DNA from: Bigelowiella natans CCMP2755
Lineage: Eukaryota; Protista; Cercozoa
Reading direction: 5' to 3'
NCBI GenBank assembly: GCA_000320545.1
Contig: ADNK01000564.1
Coordinates: forward strand, 1 to 39,097
DNA length: 39,097 nt
The position numbers and the translations under genes are program-made. Of this stretch, positions 11,923 through 24,101 are shown piece after piece (positions within the stretch are counted from its first letter, which is position 1; every line of letters begins with the position of its first letter). Below the pieces are notes generated by a model. The model was not told where the DNA came from. It did not search any database and was given only the letters and a program-made list of their open reading frames with translations.

Positions 11923-12819
11923 TTATGCCTGGGCTAACCTTTCAAATAAATGAGATAGATCTACAACGTGGCCTTTCCCAGCCTGAACAAAGTAGCTATT
12001 TGGATGCCTAAGCTTGAAATTCGAAAATATCTTTTCATATCCTTTGTCATTAGAAATAATGCAAAATTGCTCAAAGTTTGACATCATCTTTGCCTCATAG
12101 AGGAGCATCGTAATGACATTATCTGCAAGTTGTTTACCCTTTCCAACACACAAGAATTTCAGCTTGTTCTCAACCAGGGCAGTTGCTATCTCACTTGTTA
12201 GCTTTTCTTGTGTCACAGGGCAAAGAAGTTGGTAAACTATTAAAACCAGGTAATTTTCCCTAATTTTAGCAGCCGTTGAATCCAGCCTTACATTATCCCC
12301 ATCTATAAGAATAATGCCTTTGTAGTGTTCGAGCACATTGTAATCGAGGGGAAGTTCCAGATGATTGTCACGAACAACACCTGGACACTTACCCCAATTT
12401 CTTGCTTGATTAGCTGCAAGTTGTGGTTTCATGAACATTAAATCTACACCTAGCGATGGCATCTCTTTCTCATTTACCATCATTTCCTTGACCTTCGCTT
12501 CTTGAGATAGCATCTGCTTCAACTTCTCCGATTTATCATGCCCATTAAGCTGAGTTGGCTTTGATTCGTATTTTGTGGACAGATTTTCGCTTTGATCTAC
12601 CTTGACTTTCCATTCTGTTGACTCTTGCTTGTTCCTCACGTTGTTATTCTCACTATTTTCATTTTTGCTTGGCTGGGAATACTTGGTCACATATCTGATT
12701 GTCTCCCTAGGTGATATCGTAGAAAGCGATGATCGAACACTTGAAAGCCTTGTGAATGTGACCGACTTGAAAGCAGGACGCAGAGAGGAGCTGATTGATT
12801 TCCGAAGCAGCATTTGCAT
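11923..12819 (-). CDS. Intronless PIN/NYN-fold (LabA/DUF88, PIN_7-like) ribonuclease with predicted mitochondrial presequence
   Basis: Uninterrupted ORF (track 11923..12924; first true ATG at 12819). It carries the motifs IILIDGDNV, GKGKQLADNVITMLL and FCIISNDKGYEKI, matching the acidic motifs of PIN/NYN domains. The N-terminus MQMLLRKSISSSLRPAFKSVTFTRLSSVRSSLSTISPR is R/K/S-rich with no acidic residues. Confidence 0.75.
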   Translation of the reverse strand: MQMLLRKSISSSLRPAFKSVTFTRLSSVRSSLSTISPRETIRYVTKYSQPSKNENSENNNVRNKQESTEWKVKVDQSENLSTKYESKPTQLNGHDKSEKLKQMLSQEAKVKEMMVNEKEMPSLGVDLMFMKPQLAANQARNWGKCPGVVRDNHLELPLDYNVLEHYKGIILIDGDNVRLDSTAAKIRENYLVLIVYQLLCPVTQEKLTSEIATALVENKLKFLCVGKGKQLADNVITMLLYEAKMMSNFEQFCIISNDKGYEKIFSNFKLRHPNSYFVQAGKGHVVDLSHLFERLAQA

Positions 12820-13257
12820 GGGGCTGCTCGTGATTTTTGTCACTTGCACAAGAATGTTCTGTTGGTACTGCAGGATTTGTTCCCGAATAAATAAACAAAA
12901 AAAACTCTTGATAGATGAGATCAAACCAGGTATGAAATAAATATCTTAAAATTATGTTTGATTTTTGCAAACAGTTTTATATTTTTATTTTGCACATTGC
13001 GACAAGAATATGTGAGTGTCTCTTAATAGAGTATAATTCCATTTTCAACACAACTCTCATATTTTTATGAAATTCTATAACGAAGATTCCTCTTAAAAGC
13101 TCCACAAAAATATCATCGGCTTCGCAAATCCCAAAGTACAAGGTAGTCATCCCCTCCCAAACGCGTAGAAGATGAACATCACGTTGCATGTGAGCACAGT
13201 CATTTGATCAAAGGCAATAACTTTTCACAGAATCTCTTTTCACAGAATTGGAGAAAT
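12820..13257. promoter_or_regulatory. Probable bidirectional promoter between the PIN nuclease gene and the C2 gene
   Basis: Divergent ATGs lie ~440 bp apart in AT-rich sequence. This is a positional inference only. Confidence 0.45.
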
Positions 13258-14187
13258 ATGTCTTCCCACGTCGCAAAATTGAACGGAACTGTTAAGATCA
13301 CATGTGTGAGAGCTGTAGACATCCCCCGCACCCAAATGATGGGCAAGCAAGATCCTTTCGTGCGCATCTATTACGGTCCATCTAAGGCGAAAACTAAGGT
13401 ATCTACGAGCTATTTCGGAGTGAGAAGCAAGAATGTTTCAGCCCGGGTTTGCGAAATTTTGATGACATTTGGTGTAATTTTCAGACTGCAAAGGACGGTG
13501 ACAAGAATCCAATCTGGAATGAAGAGGTAAGCATAGAAGCAAAGGATTCGGCCGAAAAGGATATCAAAATCGTCGTGAAGAACGACAATTTCGGTATTGA
13601 TGGAAATATCGGTATGGTCAAGTTCCCTATCTTTGCTCTCCTTTCCTGGCCAGGAGAGGAAAAGTGGTATCCTCTTTTTAAGGTAAGAAAGCAGGAAAAG
13701 CACTCTGTTGCCTGTGGTTATTTTTGTTGCTTTGTTTTATATTTAGGAAGAAGGTCATAAGAGGCAGGCTGGCCGAATCCTCTTGAAGGCTACCTTTGAA
13801 GGGACAGGCGGCCTTCCAGAGTTGAAAGCTCCTCAGTGGGGAATTGTGCAGGCTACATATGGTGCTCACCCAAATCCACCAATGATTGATGTATCTGGGT
13901 TTCTGGAAGTTCAGGCTATGGTATGTGTACAGCATAGATTCAATAACCCATCATCCCCATCATCATCATCAACATCGTATTTGTTCTACCCTAGGTTCAC
14001 AATGGAACTCTTAAATTTCCTAAGAACACGGATTTGAGCCATTATTTTGGATTTGATCCTCTACCGCATCACAGATCTGCCAAAAATCTGATCCTACGAT
14101 ACATGAAAGGAGGTAGATACCTAGCTTTGGATTGAAGAGAGTAGAAGAAAGTAACCGCTTCTCTATCTTTTCTCCATACATGTACAT

Positions 14188-14223
<36 letters not shown>

Positions 14224-15532
14224 CGTCATCCATGAAGCGAAGATTGGTGAATCTCACGATGACACAGAAGTGGTCCTTGAAAATGCTGCTGCAAAAGCTC
14301 AAGCATTACTGGAAGAAAGACAGAAGAGGGAGGCAGCTCGTCGCGCAGCTGAAGCAGAGAAGCTTGCCAAGGAAAAGGCCGAGGCGGACGAAAGAGCGAA
14401 ATTACAGGTGACATGATAGGATAGATCTCCGATGAGTACTTAATAGAATCGCAAATTCCATGTTGTTTACTTGATGTAAGAATACAGCTGTGCTAACAAT
14501 GGTATTTGCTTTTCTTTCTTCTTTAGGCTATACTGCTCGCTCGACAGGAGGAGGGACTTCGAATGCAAAAATTGCAGTCAGTGCGATCCTACGCCCCCAC
14601 CGAATCAGGCACAAACCCTTTTCCTAAAGCAGAGGTCAAAACCGACGGAAAGGTAGGATGCTACTGGAAATACGAAGATTATCCAACGGTCTACTGGGCC
14701 TCTGCAGCCAAAGCAGGAATCATTGAGTAAGAAATATTTTTGTCTCTGGTTGATCATACCATCCTGATTTGTGTGTGCATGTGTGTTGTGTAGTGTCCAA
14801 TTTTTTAACCCGGAACAATACTTGAAACATCGTGGTGAAAATGGATGGCAAAAAGACTGGAGTGCCATAACCATACTGCCACCTCCTAAGGGCTGCTACT
14901 TCAAAATTGGGAAGGCACCTTGGGTCTACTGGTCGATCACCGGGAAACCTGATCAGACAGATTTTAAATTTGAAAACGCTGAAGTTTACAATATTCATCG
15001 CAAAAAGCACGGTTGGCCAGCTGATTGGTCTGGGATCGTTACAAACCCAACAGTTGGTTGCTATTGGAAGCACCTGGAGCATCCCACAGTGTACTACTCG
15101 CAGACGAAACCTGGTGTCAAACATGTAACTTTTGCCGATGAGAAAGTTTATATGGAACACCGTTTCAATCATGGTTTCGAGAAAAACTGGAATGGGATCG
15201 TTGGCATTCAAAGGGGATGTTACTGGAAGGCTGAGAAACTACCTCACATCCATTGGAATCACAAAACTGCTTATCCACCTGCAGAAGTCACATTAAAAAA
15301 TCCACAAGAATTTATGAAGCACAGGTTGGAGCATGGAATGCCACAAGATTGGTCTGACATAAAGACTGTGAAAGGATGTTACTGGCAGAAAAATGGGGAG
15401 GCCACCATATGGTGGGCTGAGGATGGAAAAGCAGGAACCCAAACATTTGCCTTTCCTAACGCAGAGGTATATATGGAGCATAGAAGGCTGCTCGGTTTCC
15501 CTCAAGACTTTAGTGGCGTTGTAAAGATTTAA
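13258..15532 (+). CDS. C2-domain protein with a DUF3395/SUEL-like middle domain, coiled coil and five C-terminal ~54-aa aromatic repeats (7 exons)
   Basis: C2: VKITCVRAVDIPRTQMMGKQDPFVRIYYG...KTK|TAKDGDKNPIWNEEVSI...IVVKNDNFGIDGNIG...WYPLFK|...GRILLKATF. Middle domain: IVQATYG..DVS..LSHYFGFDPLP..KNLILRY. An E/K/A-rich helix follows, then the repeats in the last two exons. All introns are GT-AG and in phase. Confidence 0.8.
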
Positions 15533-15719
15533 ATTTTTATACATGTCTTATGGGGCACATCTGATATTTCACCGCAATTGTTGCATAGAGTCAGCTTGGG
15601 TGTGATTCGATTTACATTATTTGTTACATAAATCTTCTTGCACCTATGAAGGAAGGAAGCACTTCCTATCTAGCTATGTAGGCATTTGCATTCATGTACA
15701 AATTAGCTTTGAGGTGTTA

Positions 15720-16560
15720 AACTAGGGTGTTGTGGACGTTAAATATGTGGGTGAACGGTGCGCTATACGTACAGGCTATGATAGACATGCAATACACAAT
15801 ATACATAATATATATAGTGTATTGCTGTGTCTATTATGAGTATGGAATACACAATATATATAATATATATAGTGCATTGCTGTGTCTATTATGGCTAGCA
15901 TGGGGCGATCGCGTGTTCTAGCTAAGCTAGTAAGCAACATGCATTCTTAGCTTCACTTGCACGGCAAGGTGACTAGTAGGGCCGTGCTAGCGTGCTAGCG
16001 TGCTAGCGTGGCGTGCGTGAAGCGCTTACGCACGAACATGCATACGTTGTTTCTAGATGACACATGCCATCTCTGGATGTCTAGATGTAGCCATGTGAAA
16101 AATCAGGCTTTAGAATGAACAGTGACACTCACAATCTAGACAATCTAGCAATGCTAGAATGCTAGTGGCTAGCTAGCTAGCATGCACGTCTACGTGGCCA
16201 ATGAGATGTCAGCTGTGCATTGTGCTGTGTGTGCAGTCTAGCAGTCTAGCAGTGCTAGCTAGCTAGGGTGTTCTTGTGTTCTCACGCACAAACGCTAGAA
16301 ACGCCATCATGTCTTCATGCTTGCAGGCGCTCTGCTAGTTCTAGAGTTTGATAGCGCACGCTAGCATGAAATGACGCGCATTTCGCAGTGAACCAGATGT
16401 GAGCACACGAGCGTCATCGCACTTGTTGTGCAGACACTAGCACATCTAGACATTGCACGTGCATATTTCTTGTCCTAGACCTAGATATCTAGACATGCAC
16501 GCACGACTTCTTTTGTGAATCGATTCTTCCTTTACATGTCACAAAACAGTTCTAGAGTTG
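15720..16560. other. CTAG/CATG/TGCA palindrome-rich convergent spacer B
   Basis: About 30 CTAG counted by eye. (CGTGCTAG)x3 at 15983-16006 and GCTAGCTAGCTAG runs near 16168 and 16254. Confidence 0.85.
15791..15893. repeat. 48-bp near-perfect direct duplication
   Basis: AATACACAATATAYATAATATATATAGTGYATTGCTGTGTCTATTATG at 15791-15838 and 15846-15893. Confidence 0.9.
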
Positions 16561-16815
16561 TGACACTTCTCTGCATTCGTCTTTGCTCAATGCGCGGTTG
16601 TTGTTGACAGTTAAATATTTTGGCGGGCGTTCACGCTTGGTTTATTTTTTAAACTTGTGGATATCGATGCGCTTCCGTCTCGCTTTACAACCCTACCTAG
16701 TGCAGAGGAGGAGACTTAAATCTGAAGGAGTTGCTTCAAGAGTGTAGAAGCTTCTTCTTCGATAAATTACTTTCGCTCAATGAGAGGATATCAATGAGGC
16801 TGAAATTCAGACGAT

Positions 16816-18034
16816 TTAATTCATCGCCTCTGATTTGAGAGTTTTTATCTTCTCCACGATTTCGTCCCGCTAAATATAGAGACACAACACACATTGATGA
16901 TAATATCCAGCCTCCTCCTCTATGATGATGATGATATAGATAATGTGTTGCTGTTGGTTGTTCTTTGGCAAAGGACCTCTTTCATGTTGACGCATTCGTA
17001 CTCCCTCTTCGTTCCGTTGGAGAAGACTATCGAGAAGCACCCTGCATCGCGCGCGCGTGCACACATAAACACACACAAACACACACACACACACGTCTTA
17101 GGGATGGGGCATAATAATATCTGAGCAATAGACTACACGTTGCGAGTTCGTGTGTGGCATGTGTGAGCATGTTCGTCGTCTCTTCGCTTCTCATTGCTGG
17201 CGTCTATGATGATTGGTTATACACCTGATTCGGGAAGGGCCGTGACATCAGTTACCTCCTGCAAGCTTCTCTGCTTCCGCCACACGCCGCCCCCACTTCC
17301 ACCGGGCTTCTTGTTGTGAAGATACTAGTGTAGCAGTTGTAGTAGTTGGAGGAGGAGAATGAGGATGAGGATGAGGAGAGGGATAAAACAACAGGTAAGT
17401 AGTGGTCATATTATTGAAGAAGCTAATTTTGTTCTAGGAATAATAATAATTAACTAAGTAGTATCATTGTCCATTGTCGCTTTAGCCCCTTCCCCTCCCC
17501 CCGTCTAACTTCAGATGAAAGCGATATTGAGACTACCTTCGCATCTATGCCTAATATCCGTTCCTGGCGCTTGCCCCTCACGTTTGTTTTCACAACCCTG
17601 TATTCGCTATAACCCTATTGGTTGAGTGAGAGGAATAAGGACACGGTGAAGAAGAAAAACGTCAGCGAGTTAAAAAATATCGATGCATCAGAGTACACAG
17701 TGCCTCTCAAAATATCGCATCATACACCTGTTTAATTGAAGAGGATCTTTCTTTCGGCGCCTTTTCACTATTTCCTGTGCTACTTCTCACACCCTCTTTC
17801 TGTTTCTCATTGCCGTCGGCCTCGGGGATTGATAAGTAGAAACTTGTTCCTGAGAAATCGGAGGGGAGTTAGTTGAATGGAGAGAATTCGCAAGAGGATA
17901 GATGTGTGAAGATTTAATAATGCACAACACAACGAATGAATAATATTAGGTCCTTCCGAGATCCCAACTCAACAGCACCAGAGATACACCGCACGGAACG
18001 CACACACAAATACACACGCACATATAAATATATT

Positions 18035-18078
<44 letters not shown>

Positions 18079-19728
18079 TCTGTGAAGATGTTGTTTTGAT
18101 CTAAAGCCACCTCTACCACAATTACTATAAATGGCTTAGTATGACTACCTAATGGCTCGATTTTCATCTTTCCTTGTAACGGTAGATGCTCTACACCATA
18201 AAAAGTGATATTAGGTGATCACTTTAGATGACAATGATAATGGTAAGATGATGATGATGTTGTTGTTGTGATGTTGTTGTGATGATGAGGACCACGACGC
18301 TTAACTAGTAAGTATATATTAAATATGATATGTGTGTTTGTTGAGGGGGGCAACCGATTTCTCCATCCTCGTCGACAAGTAGCAACGTCGCCCTAAAAAC
18401 ACAAATGCATATATTCAATTGCTATCATCGAATTTATCATCCTCATCGTCGTCATCAGAGTTAATTTGTCGGTCATGTGCGAGACAAGCGAGTCAAAGGT
18501 ACGACTTCTTGCCCACAACGTCCAGCATCGCCAGTTTCGCAGCCTTCAGTATCACATCATCGACCGTATCTTCTCCTAAGCAAACAATTATGAATTATGC
18601 CCCTCCCTATAAATTGCAGCACTACCAAGCTCAATCGCAATGCTATCTATAAATCATAATGAGCCCCATCCGCTCCCCAGACAACAACGACAACTGACAA
18701 CTGACTAGGATTACTTGATATCTTGAGAGCGATAGGAGGCTCTTCCATGTCAACAAGAACCGTGATGCTAATGCCTAGGAGGAGGAAATTGAAGGAGAAA
18801 TGTCAGTTTTGTGATTGAAGGTGACTGTATGATGTAATTACACTGCTACATGCTCTACCTGCTGCCGACGCTGCTGATTTTCCCTCTCCCACTCTTACGC
18901 CTGCTTGTTTTCCTGCCACCGTTGCAAATTTTGGTGCTGCTCTTTCTGCTCTAGGAGAGCTGGAACCGAAGGACGACAGCGATGATCCAAAGCCACTGCG
19001 CCTGCTACTTACATGCATACGCTCGCTCTAATATAAAGATATATTTTTGGAGGAAAGAAGTAGGAGTACGGGAGTGAATCAACGCGACTTTGAATGAAGA
19101 AGGGAAATAGTAGGATTTTTCCTTATTCTAATAATGATGCTATACTACCTCCTGCGTAGCTGTCCTCTCTAGAAGAGTAGAAAGTGAGGAGACGTTCGCC
19201 GTTACTGCTCCCGTTGACTTGACGACTTTTTGCTGTTGTTTAGTGGGTTTGTGAGGGGTTGTACTATGGAGGATAGTGCTACGTAGATGTGCGCACGTGC
19301 TATTGCTAAACGTATAGAATTAGTGAATGCTGTTGTTCGTTATTTCCCCTCGCGTCTCTAGAAACCTTAACGAAGAATGCCGATACACTTTGTCGCCGTG
19401 CCACCGCAACCTTCTTGGCATCCTGATTTGAGGTTGATTTCCGTGTGAGGGGAAGAATGCCACGAAAACCACCATTCGTGTCTGTGTGTGTGTGTGTGTT
19501 TGTTGTCATTGCATATTTGAAACATCGATGCACTAGCCTTTGCTGGCTCTTCTCCCTCCTTCGTTTCCTTGGATTGTTCTTCATCCTCAGTGGTAGCAGC
19601 TGTCCCAGCCTTCGCAGATGCTACCGCTGACTTGTTTGTGGCTCTCTGCTCCTTCAGTCGAGATCCTTCAATGCTACACAATTTCGAAAGTTAAAATTGC
19701 GTAGGCGGATTATGCACGCTTGTGTATT

Positions 19729-19803
<75 letters not shown>

Positions 19804-20705
19804 GGGGGGGGAGAGAAAGAAAAGTAGATAGGAAAGACCAAAGACATTACCTCAGCAATTTCTTCGGAGGTGAATGTTCCAATAGATTGACGAGCTGTAT
19901 ACCGTTGTGTGTGTGGAAGGGGTGAGGGGGGGGGGGGGGGTGTTGGTGTGTGCATAATTTCTTGTTCAGAGTAAATGGATTAGTCTATCTGATAAGTAAA
20001 ACATCAAAATAGTTTGAATCGGAATTTCATGGGAACTGTGAAGATCACTCACACTACGCTGTTGCTTGTCTTTTCCCATGCCAAATCCCTCTTCATCATC
20101 ATCGTCGAAATCCACAGCATTTACAAGCCCGCGTGAAATCAGCATGGCTTTAGGTGGAACAATAACATGAGTAAAGTAACTACCGAAGACTTTTTAACGA
20201 ATGCTCTGGTCTCATATCTCTCTACATCCCGGTATTCCCACGATAAGATGAATGCGAACATAGCATATATTCTCGATTCCAATGATACACATCGAATTAC
20301 TTTTAAACGCTCCCCTTCCTTCCGTCTCCTTGATGAGGGCCAAGATTCAAGGGGGATGCCACAGGAAGCTGTTTGATTTGGCCCCACAGCGACAACAATA
20401 TTTGAGACATTTAGAATTAAAACATAGGTCTTTTTTGTCCATATGAAATTTAATGTATTTGGCCTGAATTAGGTATTTTCCTCAATAGCCAACCTTGAAG
20501 CTAATTTAGGTACTACGACATATGTTTAAGACTAAAAGATTTTGAACGGGGTACTCACATGGATGAGAAGGCGAGAAGGCAAGGAAACTATGGAGAACTT
20601 ACTTAGATCTACCTACAAGTTTGTTAGTCTCAAAGACCTCATAAACCCACTGCTCATGCAAGCATGCAAGCCCGAAAATTGGGGGAAAACCGCCTTTCCG
20701 GACAT
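16816..20705 (-). CDS. SIN1: TORC2 subunit SIN1/Avo1/MAPKAP1 homolog (CRIM + SIN1-type PH domain); start codon unresolved
   Basis: C-terminal exons read GYSEYRVVKTNVRGKRQERILGIDAK|YLHNKK...|CFSIVFSNGTKREYECVNMKE|RDEIVEKIKTLKSEAMN* (SIN1_PH pattern). The CRIM-like part reads SSLSTLL...ISITVLVD..PIALKIS|EDTVDDVILKA..|TLLLVDEDGEIEHLPL. The 5' exons are uncertain. Confidence 0.8.
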
Positions 20706-21297
20706 CCGATGATAAAATGGGACCAAAATTACATAATCTTTTGTAACATTGATTTACCGACTGGCCGACTTTCGAATTCGATCATTTTTCTCCTGATAGT
20801 ATCCGTCTTTATCGTCAACATTGTAAATTTTGCCTTAATTTTTTACATGAAATACGCGATCATGCACGTATTTCAGCAACAAATTTAGTGTCAGACGCGA
20901 CTACTTCTGTCTTAAATATTGAGAGAGCAAGCTGGGGTCCATCTCTTCCGTTGGCGACGCCGGTAACATGGGGTCAAGAGGCTACGGGAGGGGGCATTCT
21001 GAGTGATTATTTGACTTTAAAAATCAGCTTGCTGGGTTGTTGGGAGCTGTAGCGCCCGTAGATTACTAAGCTCATATCGTCAGCCAATACGAAATCTGAT
21101 TAGTTTTCATGGAAAACCCTGCGAGAGAAAGCTAATGAGTTTAGGTGGATTTGTTCTCTGCGAGAAATTTGATTATTCTTACCTGCAGGCAAGGCGAAGA
21201 AGTTACAACTTATTAAGGGGAATCACTCGCCAAGCATCAGCTTGTGAGCTGGACAGGAGGTCGCCATCAAAGAAAATAATAAACGAATGAATAAAAA

Positions 21298-21336
<39 letters not shown>

Positions 21337-21429
21337 ATGAGATTTTGGGTTCTCAATAGATTTTTCGCACTTACCCCGCACTTATTTTTTGAAATCCACG
21401 GTCTAATCAAACAATTTTTATCACTAGTC

Positions 21430-23238
21430 ATGAGCGTGAAGTCAACTCCCATGGAATCCGATACAAAATGGAACAACCTCCAAAACCTCAAGGTTTGTTT
21501 TTTTGACTGACCTAATTTTCTGCGAGATACGATGCTTATTGCATTCTGTTTCATGAATTCTCAGAAACTGTTAAATGATGGGTTGATTACAAAAACTGAA
21601 TACTCTGTAAGACGGAATCAACTCATCGACGAATTGACAGGTCTGGTCCTAATAAGCCACAACTTTGAGTGCATAGTGATAGGGTTGGCGCATTGATTTT
21701 TCACAATTTATATCAATATCGCCGCTGAAAGATAAATGTTTGCTTCGAGATCGCTCATAAAATTTTCCAATGTGGGAATTAATAGTGTTGTCGCATACTC
21801 ATACCAAACGCAGGCACTTCGCTCACTACTCTGGCAGCCTCTCAATATAAACGTAGACGGGGATCCAGTGCAAGTGACAATGGTGAGAGTAGATGAAACA
21901 GGAATGGGAGAGCTCTTTGTATTTTTCATATGAGTCCATAGAGAGAAATTTTAAGTTTTCCATTACACGGCAGTGTAAAATTATACAATTTCTTCCCAGC
22001 TATATTGTATTTTAAGTTTTGTTATTTCTTAGTTTCAAATGTCCCAGCCATCATTCCTAAGCCCCCGCCAGATTTCACCAATTTTCCAGGTTCGCGAAGT
22101 TACAGCAAATTAACCAGATAATCACATCATTAATTCTTAAGAAATTAGAAATTCTTTTCTACTCACATACCCATATCCATACCTCTCTCTCATTTCTCTG
22201 TTGCTCTTTCAGCTGAAAAGTCGATAAAATATACGTACGACCTCAAGACAAGAACATGGACGCAACAGGAAGTGAACCTGAAACTCGGTGATTAACACAA
22301 TGATCACAAAGAATAGATGAATATGAAATGCGCAGGAGAGGCTTCGCGGTACACTTACATCCAATTGTACAACTACTCCTCCTCTAACTGAAGCAGTTCG
22401 ACATGATTTGGGATGTCACCATCCGAAATGATGCCAGCATCTCCTTATCGAATGAAATTTTCTTGCTGACGCAGTGCTTTCTCCATTTCAGACACAGTTC
22501 CATTTTCGCGCGGGTCACTGCGTGTAGTGTATCACATGGAGATGGAAGAAACGGATAAGGACAAAGATAGGGAAGTAGTCCCTGGGGAGGCCAAGAACCG
22601 ATTCGTAGCCAAGATTAGCATGGTAAGTGGAAGAAAGAAGTAGGAGTAAAAAAAATCTATCTCGTCACCATGTTCCTATGTCTCATCATCAGAATCCGAG
22701 CGATAACAAAAATACTAAAGTGTATTTCCGGGATGTAGAGACGCAGGTAGTAATGCTGAAGCATGTGCCACGATACCAATAGAAAATGAAAATGCGATTT
22801 AAAATCGCCAAATATTGACAGCGAGAACCGTGAATTATGTTATGTACCATGACCCCTAGACATTCGCTGTCGTAGAACAAAAATCATATTATTTTTTCTA
22901 GTATTATTGAACTTGAAGTCAGGATAAATTTAAATGACATGTAAGTATTTGGCCAAGGTCTTCCTCCTCCTCCTCCTCATCCTCCTCCGTTCTCTTGATT
23001 TAATTTGCTCCTCTTCTTCTTTCTTCGTTTGCAGACAATCGCCAAGTACTACGCCGAGAAGTTCAATCAGTACCATCCTCCTAAGAAGGTAGTAGGCGGG
23101 TGGGCGGAGAAGTGATTGATAATGATGATGATGATGATGGTTATGATAATGATGAGTCAGTTTTCTTGTAAAAGGAGTTGAACGATTCATGAGGAAGAGG
23201 AATTCACCACTATCTCCACAGAATAATATTGCGACATG

Positions 23239-23273
<35 letters not shown>

Positions 23274-23625
23274 CTGCGTGCGCGCATGTAACATATTACT
23301 TGTACGTTTTTTAGGTGGATTTCATAAAAGCATGCGTACTCGAGCTTATTATGAGAGAAGGTAGCAACTTTAATAACAAAAGTGGTAGCGGTCGTGGTGA
23401 TGGATCCTTGAATAAACTAGTAGCTAGAGTCAACATAGCACGTACACTCCTATGCTGCAGAAATCGGATTTGAATTACATAAAGTTGTTATTATTCATTA
23501 CCCCCCCCTCCCCCCTCTCTCTCTCTCGCACTCGCTCTCTAAGGAAATCCTATTGTTGGTGTGGAGAAGTTCATCCCAGGACCATATCGTAAGCATAACT
23601 CCAACTACGGTTATGTCTCCGGTAG

Positions 23626-23661
<36 letters not shown>

Positions 23662-24064
23662 TTGATTCGCATGAAACCTTCGTCTCAGCAGGGGCTACTA
23701 GAAGGATAAATAAATAGATGGATAGATAGATAGATGAATGGATGGGGGTGTGGGGATGGTGTGTGGGGGGTTGCACGAAACAATGCGCAATGTGATGAAT
23801 AGATGGTGTTGATTTGTTGCAGACGAGGAGAGGAATACACCGCAAGCTTTTTCCCACTTCTCCTGGGAGGTAGTTAGAAGAGAGTATGAGTTGCATTTGT
23901 TGTGTGTTTTTGGTATCAGAAGTAAAACACGCGTCACAGCCAATAGCAGCTGCTGTGGCTATTTCCCCCCCCCCCCCGCGCGCGCCCTTTCTACTCCCCC
24001 CCTTCCACCTTATTAGGGAGGAGTGTTCAGTGAGACAGAGTCTCGTGTGTGGTGGTGGTGGGTG

Positions 24065-24101
<37 letters not shown>

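Noticed and set aside
11923-15532. PIN gene plus C2 gene as a mobile element or toxin-antitoxin cassette bounded by spacers A and B
   Set aside because: No terminal repeats, target duplication or transposase were seen. The C2 gene has ordinary spliceosomal introns, and a similar spacer also flanks housekeeping genes (DOHH, alpha-kinase).
10990-16560. CTAG islands as CRISPR arrays or telomere-like (TCTAGGG/TTAGGG) repeats
   Set aside because: There is no constant repeat-spacer period, no cas genes and no tandem telomeric unit.
19400-19540. Possible GC-AG intron in SIN1
   Set aside because: An all GT-AG path in another phase also fits the downstream exon, so it cannot be resolved without transcripts.
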